64,000 nucleotides of DNA from Chrysemys picta bellii. Lineage: Eukaryota. Position numbers and translations under genes: made by a program. A model generated the notes under the pieces. That model saw only the letters and a list, made by a program, of their open reading frames with translations, was not told the origin of the DNA and did no database searches. Position 1 is the first letter of the stretch. Each line of letters opens with the position of its first letter. The stretch is from positions 12,028,001 through 12,092,000 of the forward strand of contig NC_088813.1 in assembly GCF_011386835.1 (NCBI RefSeq), written 5' to 3'. This document shows, in pieces, positions 12,271 through 23,556 of the stretch.

Positions 12271-12271
<1 letters not shown>

Positions 12272-12310
<39 letters not shown>
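12272..12310. repeat. (TG)n microsatellite, read as (CA)n in the pre-mRNA
   Basis: About 19 units, ending about 39 nt from the exon 11 donor. Confidence 0.95.
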
Positions 12311-12313
<3 letters not shown>

Positions 12314-12349
12314 TTTGTTCGTTCAGGGGATGTTTTTACAAGGACTTAC

Positions 12350-12483
12350 CACACCACATCTCTGAAGATTTGAAAAATGGACGTTTGGAATAAACAAGAC
12401 CGGCTCGGTTTCTAAATCCGTCTCCGGCCTGAGGAATGTGATTTCGTTCCCTCGAAAGCCAGACAGCAAACAGCCTTTCAAAC
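12350..12483 (-). CDS. GRHL3: GRHL3 exon 11 (134 nt)
   Basis: ctcgtag|GT TTG AAA GGC ... GGT GTG|gtaagt; [45 protein letters not shown]. Confidence 0.96.
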
Positions 12484-12829
12484 CTACGAGAACAACAAGA
12501 AATCTCATTTCAGAAAACCTTTGCCAGTCTGCAGCTTCATCGCATCAGTGGGATCTGTCACATTATGATAGAGATTTATGCGCATGACCTGAGAACACAC
12601 AGCCCAAAGTTTAGTTACTCACGTGTTATACAGAGTGCATGAAACACAAGATATTTCTTAATGAGCAGCGAATAAAGCCCTAACTCTCATCTGTAGATGG
12701 ACAGGGTCACTCTGTGCAAATTTAGGACAGTTCATGGCCTTTACCCTTAATGGTTTCCAAGGGAGGTTTTATTTTATTTGTCCTTATTGGAAGAGCCATT
12801 CATGCTGGTGAAAGATAGTAGCCAACCTG

Positions 12830-13560
12830 ACGAGGAGGAGCGGTGGGTGGAGCCCACCAGATTAAAAGGCCCCGATGGCACGGACAAGGGAGGGACCACA
12901 GAACCCAGACATCAAATGAGCATAGGCAACAAAAAATAAAACAGGAATTGGGGTGCAGGTCACAAGGTCATAATGAGCGAACCGGAAGGAGACACCAAGC
13001 AGAGAACCCAGACAGCACCCAAGACCAACTCCAAAGAGTCAGTGGATGCTCCCCAGAGCAACTGTGCTTGGATGCACGCATGGACATAGGACCAGAAAAA
13101 AGTCCCACAGAGGCAGAGAACCCTCCTGCTCACCCAGCTCCCTCCTCCTGGGCTGAGAGACGGCCAGGGTTGGTCCCTGCCAGGAGGAGGTTAACAGCCC
13201 TGGAGACAAGCCCCATTTAACCCCAGAATGGGTATCGCAGTGCGAGCTTCCCCACTGCGCTCACACGCCTCACTCATGACTTGAAGGAACCACCTCTAGG
13301 TGCCCATTCAACAGACCCAAGACCATCTCATTGCCCATGGACCCCCGGCCATCAGACAGGAACTACTGACCTTGGAACCAACACCTGGGGTGTGGGAGGG
13401 GACAAGTGGTGTGGCGTGCAGAGCCTGAGACACCCAGCCTTCCCGGAACCTCCTCATTAGAAGCTTCTCTTGCATGAAGGAACCATCTGCCTTTTGTTAT
13501 CCCCCACTGTGTGTTGGCTCTAGTAGGTGCCCCACCCCTACCCCGCTGGAATAGACTTGC
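12830..13560. mobile_element. Possible old solo LTR
   Basis: LTR-like composition (ttaaaagg followed by short purine-rich repeats such as gcagagaaccc twice). Termini and TSD not resolved. Confidence 0.3.
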
Positions 13561-14027
13561 ACAAGCAACAAAGGGCAAGCAGCAATTGTAGAATATTGCA
13601 TTGCATTAGGAAGGACGGGGCGATGGTAATTAACATCACAAATCTCTGTTTCACTCTCTCTTCACCCGGGTTAGATTATTTCACATTCCAATGGGAGCGA
13701 CGGCTTAGCCCAGTTCTGAGCTCTCAGACAGTGCGCAACATTTTCAAAGCATTCCCAGCCAGGACTCACACAGCCGCCCAACACCTCGCTCGGGCAGCGT
13801 CACTGGGACAGCGAGACACAGAGAGAGGTTCGGTCTATCTGTCCATCTAGGCACTTAATCGCTGTCTGTCTCTGCAGGATCGGAGCAAATTGCTCCAGGC
13901 TACACAGTGAATCCGCGGCAGAGAGCCCAGACGCTCCTGTCTCCCTGTCCTGGGCACACAATGCTTTCTGGCTCTGACGCTAGTTTGGGTAGATCTCATC
14001 CTAGTACACTGTTTAGCGACTCGCTCT

Positions 14028-14099
14028 GGGCCTGACCCAGAGCTCACTGGAGTCAGTGGAAAGACTCCTATTGACTTCAGTGGGCTTTGGATCAGGCCC
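14028..14099. mobile_element. 72-bp palindromic MITE
   Basis: gggcctgacccagagctcactg ... cagtgggctttggatcaggccc; related copy at 10613-10674. Confidence 0.7.
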
Positions 14100-14134
14100 C
14101 TTGTTCCCTCCCGGTGACTAGTCCTTGTACTAAC

Positions 14135-14213
14135 CGTTGTTATTGGAGTCCAGGCATTTCCCTTTCCTTCTGAACTGCTTGCGCTCATCGTCCCGCATTT
14201 TCCTCTCTGCTCC
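14135..14213 (-). CDS. GRHL3: GRHL3 exon 10 (79 nt)
   Basis: cccacag|GGA GCA GAG AGG AAA ATG ... AAC AAC G|gttagt; [26 protein letters not shown]. Confidence 0.96.
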
Positions 14214-14658
14214 CTGTGGGGAAGGTTAGGCAAAAATTAGCTCCAGCTATAGTGTTAACAGTACTCCACTTTACAGCAAACATCCCTGGGAAACTGAGGC
14301 CCGGGGGGGCTAAGTGACTTACCCAAGGCCAAAGGATGAGACTGTGTCAGAGCTGGGATCAGCATGAGTGTCCGAACTCCCAGGTCTGGGCTCAGATCAC
14401 GTCTTACCTTTACCTTTTAATATGCTAAGAAGATTGGGGTAAATTCCCTGTTGGTGCAACTCCATTGACTTCAGCGGAAATTGCATCTCAGCAGAGAATC
14501 TGGCCCATTGTTGTTGTTTTTATTGGACATTTGCTTCTTAAATGGGGGGCAACAAAAGACCCTGTCAGTCTCCATAACAGCAGCACTTGCACAGATACAA
14601 TGTTCTGTTTGTGAGGGCACAGCAAGATTTGAAAAGGTCCAGTCAGTGAGCCTTTTAT

Positions 14659-15224
14659 GAACATAAGAGCAGCCACATTGGGTCAGACCAAAGGTCCATC
14701 TAGCCCAGTGTCCTGTCTTCCGACAGTGGCCAATGCCAGGTGCCCCGGAGGGAATGAACAGAACAGGGAATCACCAAGTGATCCATCCGGTCACCCATTC
14801 CCAGCTTCTGGCAAACAGAGGCTAGGGACACCATCCCTGTCCATCTTGGCTAATAGCCATTGATGGACCTATCCTCCATGAATTTATCTAGTTCTTTTTT
14901 GAACCCTGTTATAGTCTTGGTCTTCACAACATCCTCTGGCAAAGAGTTCCACAGGTTGACTGTGTGTTGTGAAGAAGTATTTCATTTTGTTTGTTTGAAA
15001 CCTGCTGCCTATTCATTTCATTTGGTGACCCCCTAGTTCTTGTGTTATAAGAAGGAGTAAATAACACTTCCTTATTTACTTTCTCCACACCAGTCATGAT
15101 TTTATAGACCTCCATCATATCCCCCCTTAGTCGTATCTTTTTCAACCTGAAAAGTCCCAATCTTATTAATCTCTCCTCTTATGGAAGCTGTTCCATACCC
15201 CTAATCATTTTTGTTGCCCTTTTC
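14659..15224 (-). mobile_element. CR1 LINE 3' fragment
   Basis: The minus strand encodes [30 protein letters not shown]; 3' tail ...tcttatgttc. Confidence 0.93.
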
Positions 15225-15231
15225 TTTTAAT

Positions 15232-15455
15232 AATACCACTTTGTTCTTACATTGCACTTTTCATCAGTAGATCTCAAAGCAGTTTACAAAGGGAGAGAAG
15301 TATCATTTTACAGATGGGGAAACTGAGGCACAGACAGGGGACATGACTTGCCCAACATCACCCAGCAGGCCAGTAGCAGAGCAGGGAATTAGAACCCAGG
15401 TCTCCTGAGTCCCAGTCCTATATGTGCTTCATCCACTAGGCCACAATGCCCCCTG
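15232..15455 (-). mobile_element. MIR/CORE-SINE-like element
   Basis: Core motif gatggggaaactgaggcacag ... gacttgccca ... agaacccagg. Similar fragments at about 1060-1260, 3380-3560, 8735-8870, 14285-14400, 21520-21650, 23570-23690, 29870-29990, 38350-38480, 40250-40325, 55600-55830 and 59900-60105. Confidence 0.75.
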
Positions 15456-16165
15456 TTGAGTTAAATATGACACACTATCTACCCATCACCGTGGTATCTG
15501 AGCACCTGACTTTGCACTTGCCCCACCTGGGATTGGAAGACTCTGTGGTGACTGGAAAACTAGTGGAATTTTAAGAGCATAAAATTTGATCAATTGAAAG
15601 GGGAGGGAATTATTAGTCAAATTACTTAGATCTTTTTTTAATTAATACATTGTTAACTTCATTGACTAATTAACACTTAGGATAATGGAAGCCCTTGTTA
15701 AAAAGATTCCACATCCCAAGGGACTCCCAGTAAATAGCCTGAACACCTCCCAGAGGTCTTTCAGGAAAATAAGACCAGGCCTTCCTGATATTTCTAAAGT
15801 TAAGAAAAAACAACCCCCCTTTAAAATGGAAAATATAGGCTAAACATCAGGCAAAACCTTCAAACCCTGAGAGCTACAAGACTGCAAATCAGCCTCCAAA
15901 GGGAGTGGGGAAAGTCTCAGAGCTTGAGTCTTAACATTTGATTGGACTAGAGAATAAGTTACAGGGCAGAATCCTACTTAGGCCAGGGATGGATAAAATC
16001 CTCTGTCCATCTCTAACTTCTGTGAGCTAAGTGATCCAGACACACTAGCTAAATCAATCTCCTCACCCCGAGATGGCTGAACCTGTCTATTCAGTCATGC
16101 CCTCTGGGTTGTTCTGGGTTCTCATCCCCTCCAACTCAGTTAGTGGCTCCAGGTCTTTTGTGCTA

Positions 16166-16420
<255 letters not shown>

Positions 16421-17178
16421 CTAACCTGCAATCCCAGGATTTTAAATGATAGAGGGAAGGATGTCATCAGAGGGCAATCGACTCTTCAGTGCTTCTGAGA
16501 TTCATCCGTCCAGCCTTCCCAACTTTCATCCAGCACATATCCAACCACTCCTCACCAGCTTAGATCTAGCAGATTCTCTGCTGCCCTGCACTGCACTGCC
16601 TGCACGCAGTCACTTACGCCAGCCAGGAGTGAGTGTAACACTCCCATTCCGATTCAGTCGTGCTTCATGCCCTCTCTGCACGGGTGTAAATGGCTGCCCC
16701 AGATGCAGGGCGATGGGGAATCTGGCCCTAGGGCTGCACTCCCTACATTCCCCATCACGACCACATGCTGCCTCCCACCTCAGTGCTATAATAAAGAGAT
16801 CTCCCCTCCTTGCATCTTCCCATCTGCTCTTCACAGCCTACGTCCCGGAGATGGCACAGTCCATCCAGAGGGACACTTTGGTTTGGACAATCTTGATGTT
16901 CTAATGATGTCGCAACCTGTTCCTCACAGCCCTGCCAAAGGCCTCCCTGAGGGCTATTAAGGCGACAGAAACGCTCCCGTCACCTTCAGTGGGCCTTGGG
17001 TCAGGCCCCACGTTTGCCTGCGAATGTTCTCACTGAGATTTCCGTTGGGTGGGGATGCTGCCCGTTGGACCCGGGCACGCCCCTCTGTTACACACAGACA
17101 GAAGCCAGTTGCAGAGACAGAGGCAGGCTAGATCACCCCAGCGTCACGACTGGGCTCCCTTTGGAAATTAGTCCTTAG

Positions 17179-17378
17179 CAGGGGAGCTGGAACAATTAGG
17201 ATAGTGGGGGGTGCTGAGAGCCATCGAACCAAACTCTAAGCCCTGGATATGCCGGAAACCACTTCAAGCCAGGGAGTGCGGCAGCACCAGGGGGCTTCTG
17301 TAACTGTTCTATTGGGAGCCATAGTACCATTCCAGAATTCCAACAGGACCCTCAGACCCCCTAGTTCCTGCACCTATG
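17179..17378. mobile_element. hAT-type MITE (older)
   Basis: TIRs caggggagctggaac / gttcctgcacctatg; TSD 5/8 (gtccttag / ggccttgt). Confidence 0.6.
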
Positions 17379-18722
17379 GGCCTTGTTGTTAGTTAAATAA
17401 ATAACTCGTCCTGAAAACCGTCTCAGGCATCACTGCCTGAATAGAGCTACCTCCGGTGGGAAATAGGAAGAGAACGCTGGGCACTCACAAAGCCTTAGTT
17501 CTGCTTCCAAACTACAAACTCATCTGTGCAACCTGGATATTTTCCCTGGAGTTTCTGGAGACAAATACTAGGACTAGTTCCTCAGCCGGCATAAATCAGC
17601 ACAACTTTATGGGGCCTATGCGGAGGGTCTGATCCTGAAGTCAGGTCTAGCCAATACTTCTAGACCGAAAAGAAGACACTTATCTGTTGCATTAAGCTTA
17701 GCGGCACGAAGAAGAATTATGAATGAGAATTCATGTAAGAAGTACTACAGACAGCCCTCTATAGCTGGCCTCTCTTGGCAGCTCCCAGACTTTTCAGCTC
17801 TCTGAAGTCTCACCCTGAAGTAGCCCCAGGCCAGTGTGAGGACAAAGTTTCTGGTAACAGCTAAATTGTGTTTGGCTGAGGTGCCCCCAAGGGCTTGCTG
17901 CATACCTGGCATATTTCCATTTTTGACAACTGTGCCTTGAAGACATTTGTTAACCTCTGGGGGTTGTAAAAGACGAAGGTCGCCTTTGGGCTGACAGCGG
18001 GGCTCTGTGGAGATCCCAGCACAAACCAGAGTTTTCCCAAGCGACTAATTTAAGAGACCCGGTTTTCTTTTTCTTTCTGGCTTGTTTTAGCCGGCTTGTT
18101 TGTTTGTTGATGCTCCTTTCACCTTCTGACTGAAACCGGTAACACAAAGTACTAATGAGGACCTGGTCTGAGCAGACGCATGGGAGACCAGAACTTTCCA
18201 TGGTGTGTTAAGCTCAGATGTCGGTAAGAAAATGTTAGAGATTTTAACGCCAAAAGGAATCATTGGGACAATCCAGCTGATCTCCTGCCCAGGGAGTGTC
18301 ACCTGGCTATTGCTGCATCAGTCTGGAGGAGGGTTTCTTGTTCCTTAAGCTTTGGGGTGTTTTGTTTTCTTGGATTTTTTTTAAACATGCTTTGCCTATA
18401 TGCCTGGCCCTGATCTATGATGAAAAAGGCTTTGTTCTGACTTAAAAACCCATCAGCACTAGAAAAACAGATCCAAGCCTGTCTGAGCTGTAAGCGGAAT
18501 GTGTATTAGCTAGCGGTGATGCTTACGCGCACAGAAAAGCAAGGGGCTCTCCCCCACTATCCTGGTAAATGAACAGGGTCAGTGACGAGAAACGGTTTGG
18601 GATTCGAAACTCCATTTCTCGTTCAGCTGAGGGGAAAAAGACAGACTGAGCTCAGAGACAGCTGGCCTGTAACTGTGCCTCAGAACAAGCCCTCTCCTTT
18701 CCCCTCCGGGATTGGATCATAC

Positions 18723-18817
18723 CTTTGCTTCTTCGTTAGCGTTCCACACGAAGGACAACGCGTTGTACGCCATCTCGTCAATGTGCTGCACTGTGTTGAA
18801 GTTTTCTTTACAGTCGG
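18723..18817 (-). CDS. GRHL3: GRHL3 exon 8 (95 nt, DNA-binding domain)
   Basis: tttcag|CC GAC TGT AAA ... GCA AAG|gtatga; [32 protein letters not shown]. Confidence 0.96.
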
Positions 18818-19592
18818 CTGAAATGCATTTAACGAGTGATTTACTCTTTGGCGGCAAAACTAGAATCACTTCAGTGGCCGCCATGATGTTTTTAGTCAGA
18901 CATGCAATTCTACACGGGCATGCAAAATGGTGTCTTCTGTGTGGCGTGACCTTGCACGTACGGTGAGGGGAGGTATCGCCGTGCGGAGGATTCCCTTGTG
19001 TTCTACAAAAAGGCGCCTTCAATGCACGTGTTCAGGGGGCCAGAATGAATCGTCCAATGGGCACAGCCGGGCTTGGGGTATACAATGCGTGAGTTGCGTA
19101 CACAGACGCCACGCCACTGCATCACAGGTGCTTTGCATTTCTAAAATAGCTGTCACCCAAAGATCACAGAGCATTACTTCAGCCTCCCCATGCAAGAGAG
19201 AAGTGTTTCGTTCTTTATACAGTTGGATCAACTCAGGTGCATAGAGGTTAAGGAACAGGCCACAGAAGAGCCAATGAGGCTGAGGGGTTGAACCTGTTAT
19301 TGACACCTGTGAAAAGCGACTGCAGATCTCTACTAGATCAGAACAATGGCTTTTTACTGGTGCAAATGATTACAAGAATCTGAGCCAGTGGCAGGATTGG
19401 ACTAATTCCTAGGGCCAGATTCTCTGATTCACTCTGCTCCCTTTCCGCTGCCTTGGGTGCAGAGGGAGTGGAGACTGGCCACAACCGCCTTGCTGCAGAG
19501 ACCGCCAGCTTGGGAAAGACTCCAGCAGGCATGGAGCAAGTTCATGAACCTCCCCCCACACCCTCCCATAGCCCCCAGTGCAGGTGATGTGT

Positions 19593-20172
19593 TCATAGAA
19601 TCATAGAATATCAGGGTTGGAAGGGACCTCAGGAGGTATCTAGTCCAACCCCCTGCTCAAAGCAGGACCAATCCCCAACTAAATCATCCCAGCCAGGGCT
19701 TCATCAAGCCTGACCTTAAAAATCTCTAAGGAAGGAGATTCCACCACCTCCCTAGGTAACCCATTCCAGTGCTTCACCACCCTCCTAATATCCAACCTAA
19801 ACCTCCCCCACTGCAACTTGAGACCATTACTCCTTGTTCTGTCATCTACTACCACTGAGAACAGTCTAGATCCATCCTCTTTGGAACCCCTTTGAGGTAG
19901 TTGAAAGCAGCTATCAAATCCCTCCTCATTCTTCTCTTCTGCAGACTAAACAATCCCAGTTCCCTCAGCCTCTCCTCATAAGTCATGTGCTCCAGACCCC
20001 CTAATCATTTTTGTGGCCCTCCGCTGGACTCTTTCCAATTTTTCTACATCCTTCTTGTAGTGTGGGGCCCAAAACTGGACACAGTACTCCAGAGGAGGCC
20101 TCACCAATGTCGAATAGAGGGGAAATGATCACGTCCCTCGATCTGCTGGCAATGCCCCTACTTATACAGCCC
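19593..20172 (-). mobile_element. CR1 LINE 3' fragment (ATTCTATG-tail subfamily)
   Basis: Begins tcatagaatcatagaatatcagggttggaaggg, the reverse complement of the CR1 octamer tail; matches 39261-39690. Confidence 0.93.
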
Positions 20173-20805
20173 ACTTATACAGTGTTGGAGGTGGAAAGGG
20201 TGGAGTTGGGGTAGGAGGGAGTAGCGGTTGGAGTGCAATGTATTCTGACTATCCCCAGCCAGGGAATGGTCCCTTAGGAACTTTTGTCAGCTGGCATAAT
20301 TTAGAGCAGCCACCCAGGCTGTTCTAACCTGCACTGCGGTCAGTGCTATAGCAGAGTATCAAGGAGTCATAACCTGGTGCTCAATAGCTCCCACCTGGCT
20401 TTGTTGCACGCAGTGGAAACAAAGTGCAACAGAGAATCTGGCCACTAGCCTCCTGCTCTAACCACTAGGCAATGTTTTAGGTACTTTACTGGATGGACAA
20501 AACACTTGTATATGAGTTGTCAGGTCAAGTTCAATGCACTGTAAGAATAACCATGTGCTGGCAAGGGAGAAGGTCTTTGCCATCTTGGACTTGTACGATT
20601 GAACAGGAAAAGGGTAAGATTTTTCAAAAGTGCCTAAGTAATGTAGGAGCCTACATCTCACTGACTTGGCTCTTGCGTCTGTTTGGAAAATGGAATTTAG
20701 GCTCCTAACGTCATTTTGGTGCTTTTGAAAATTTCAACCTACACCTTTAAAAAGTCCCCAGACGGAAAGGCATTGACGCCCACAGGTCATTCTGCACCTT
20801 CGTAA

Positions 20806-21157
20806 CAGAGCTGGGAGGGAAAAGGTTTTTCCCAGCCTGCGAAAATTTCACACATTTAAAAAAAATCTTCCCATCCCAAAGTAGGACGAAAAGGCAAAAT
20901 CTAGAAAATTTTCCAAACTGAAAACCTGGAAAAAAAAAATTGGTTTGGGTAAATCAAAAAACTGTACAGAAAAACTGGAATTTTCCATTTAGAATGATGT
21001 CAAAACGACCCATGGACAATTTGGAAACTTTTCTTTTTTCCAAAAAAATGTCCAAGTCGATAAATTCATCACAACCTTTCCCATGAAAACTTTTGGTTTC
21101 GCCAAAGTGGCATTTTTCAACAAAAAACGTTGGGTCAAAAAATCCCCGCTCAGCTGT
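20806..21157. mobile_element. AT-rich non-autonomous DNA transposon (AGAGCTGG termini)
   Basis: A/T-run-rich interior; relatives at 32387-32671, about 54150-54354 and 57903-58364. Confidence 0.55.
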
Positions 21158-21295
21158 TTCCTAACTCCTCCAGGCCAAACTCTGTAGCTGAAGTTGCCTT
21201 ATTGTGCATTAAAAACGGACAAGGAACTTATTCTAAGAATAGCCGAGAGCCCCCCCACATTGGACGATCCCCCCCGGGAAAGCCCCGCTGCGTAC

Positions 21296-21407
21296 CGACG
21301 TCAATGACTCTCTGCTTGGCGGTTGGCTGGCGCGAATGCCAGTGCTTCCAGAACTTGAGCTGCTCTGTTGGATTTTTTTCGTTGTCAAAAACGACCATCA
21401 CGGTGCT
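21296..21407 (-). CDS. GRHL3: GRHL3 exon 7 (112 nt, DNA-binding domain)
   Basis: tttttcag|AGC ACC GTG ATG ... GAC GTC G|gtacgc; [37 protein letters not shown]. Not in the ORF track; found by reading the minus strand. Confidence 0.96.
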
Positions 21408-22644
21408 CTGAAAAATAAGCAGGACAGCCCCACGTTAATATGTTGATCACACTCAGCTCTGGGATAGCCCTTTTCATCCATAGGCCTAATGCACTGGACA
21501 AAAAAGGGATAGTATGATTCTGCCCATTTTACTGCCGGGGAAAGTGAGGCCAGAGCAGGGAAAGGACTTGGCCAAGGTCACATGGTAAGTCAGTGGCAAA
21601 GCTGGGAATCAAGCTGTAGAGTCCTAGCCGCGTTGTGCTACTGCAGGCACAGGGCTGGGATAGCCTAGGGGTTAAGCTATTTACAGGGCCTTTAATTGCT
21701 ACTAATGCTCTGCACTTAACTAGACCATTTCCTCGGAGAACTTCCCAGCACTTCATACACCTTCCTTGGTGCACCGTCCCATCACCACTGGAGGGAGAGG
21801 ACCCAACTTCTAGCCAGGGAGACCCTGGAGAACATCAGGTCTAGCTCCACCAGAATTGCCATCCAGCATCTACCCACACAAAACATCGCGCTGTGCTATG
21901 GACGTGGCTTATTCGTAAAGGACCAAATTCATCCCTGTGCCAGGGGAGGCAGTTTATACTTCCCCTTTCCGGGGCTGCAAGGAGTTATCTTGGCACAGGT
22001 TAGAGCACCCTCGTGGCTGCTCTAACTTGCCGTAAGGGCCACAATGGGCCATTTTGGGACAGCAGGATTTCCGGGGTGCAGGTCTGCTTTGGCTATGGTC
22101 TCTCTCCCCTCCACCCTGCCCTGGAATGCCCCCTTCCCCCAGTGTGCCAGGCATAGGGGTCCCCTGTTTTGGGTGATATTGCTCTTAGGAAGTGGTGCTA
22201 ACCTCGTACTGCAAGCCTTTTGCTTCAAACTAGCTGATGTAAAGGGGTCACACATCACTGATGACCAGGACCCACCTTAACAAACAGCACTTTCAAGGCA
22301 GCCTTTTGCTTCCGGTGTTTTGTGGGAATGTCTCTTGGGCACCTCCCACCCGAATGATAAAGTTAGAGGAAAAGTCTACGGTTTCCAGGTGCCGGGTAAG
22401 ATGGAGTCTGTTGACATGTTCTGAGCCTCTCTGGCCCATTCATCACTTTCATAGAATCACAGACTGGGAAGGGACCTCGAGAGGTCATCTAGTCCAAGGC
22501 AGGACTAAGTATTAGACCTTAAGTACTTTAAACCATCGTGAGCCACAAAGCACATTTTCTCTCCACGCTCCATTCCCAGGGCAGCACAATTGCTTGACGT
22601 CCGTTTATAGCATCTGTCAGCAAAACAGCCAGTGTGTCTCTTAC

Positions 22645-22801
22645 CTTCACTTTATTCGAGGACAAGTGTAAACATTTGCCGTCTCCCGCTGTCCTCAGGG
22701 TGACGGGGTAGAACTGTCCTTTGTTGAGGTAGGCCATGGGCGAGTCCCCAGATTTGATGTGAATGGCTTTGGGGGAGCCCAGGGTATATTCAAAGTCACT
22801 C
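22645..22801 (-). CDS. GRHL3: GRHL3 exon 6 (157 nt; 154 nt if the downstream GAG acceptor at 22798 is used); start of CP2/Grainyhead DNA-binding domain
   Basis: [52 protein letters not shown]|gtaaga; tandem acceptor TAG/GAG. Confidence 0.95.
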
Positions 22802-22972
22802 CTATGGAACAAAGAAAGAATGAGGACTAACCAGCCAATACCACTGCAGTCTGAACGTTACCGAGAGGGACACCTTAGCCAGCTCAAGACCTGCAAGGTT
22901 CCATTGTTACAGGGTGGAAACACACAAGCAATTGTCTCTTTTCCACTCCCCCCATCTATCTTACCCCATATC

Positions 22973-23556
22973 TAGGGCCCTATCAAATTCACGGCTATCA
23001 CGGACGGTGAAATCTGGTCTTGTGTGTGCTTTTACCCTATACTATACAGATTTCACGGGGATGACCAGCGTTTCTCAAATTGGGGGTCCTGACCCCAAAA
23101 GGGAGTTGCAAGGGGGTCAGAAGGTTATGTTAGGGGGGTTGCAGTGTTGCCACCCTTATTTTTGCGCTGCCTTCAGAGCTGGGCAGCTGGAGAGTGGTGG
23201 CCGTTGGCTGGGCGCCCAGCTCTGAAGGCAGTGCCCCAGCAGCGCAGAAGTAAGGGTGGCAATACATACCATGCCATCCTTCTGCGTTGCTGCTGATGGC
23301 GGCTCTGCCTTCAGAGCTGGGATCCCGGCCAGCAGCCGCCACTCTCCAGCCGCCCAGCTCTGAAGGCAGCGCAGAAATAAGGGTGGCAACACTGCAAACC
23401 CCAAGACAATAACCTTGTGACCCCCCACCCCACTCCTTTTTGGGTCAATTACAGCACCTACAATTACGACACCGTCAAATTTCAGATTTAAATAGCTGGA
23501 ATCATGAAATTTACTATTTTTAAAATCCTATGACCCGTGAATTTAGTAGGGCCCTA
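22973..23556. mobile_element. hAT-type non-autonomous element with internal foldback
   Basis: TIRs tagggccctatcaaattcacgg / ccgtgaatttagtagggcccta; TSD cccatatc / cccagatc (7/8). Confidence 0.88.
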
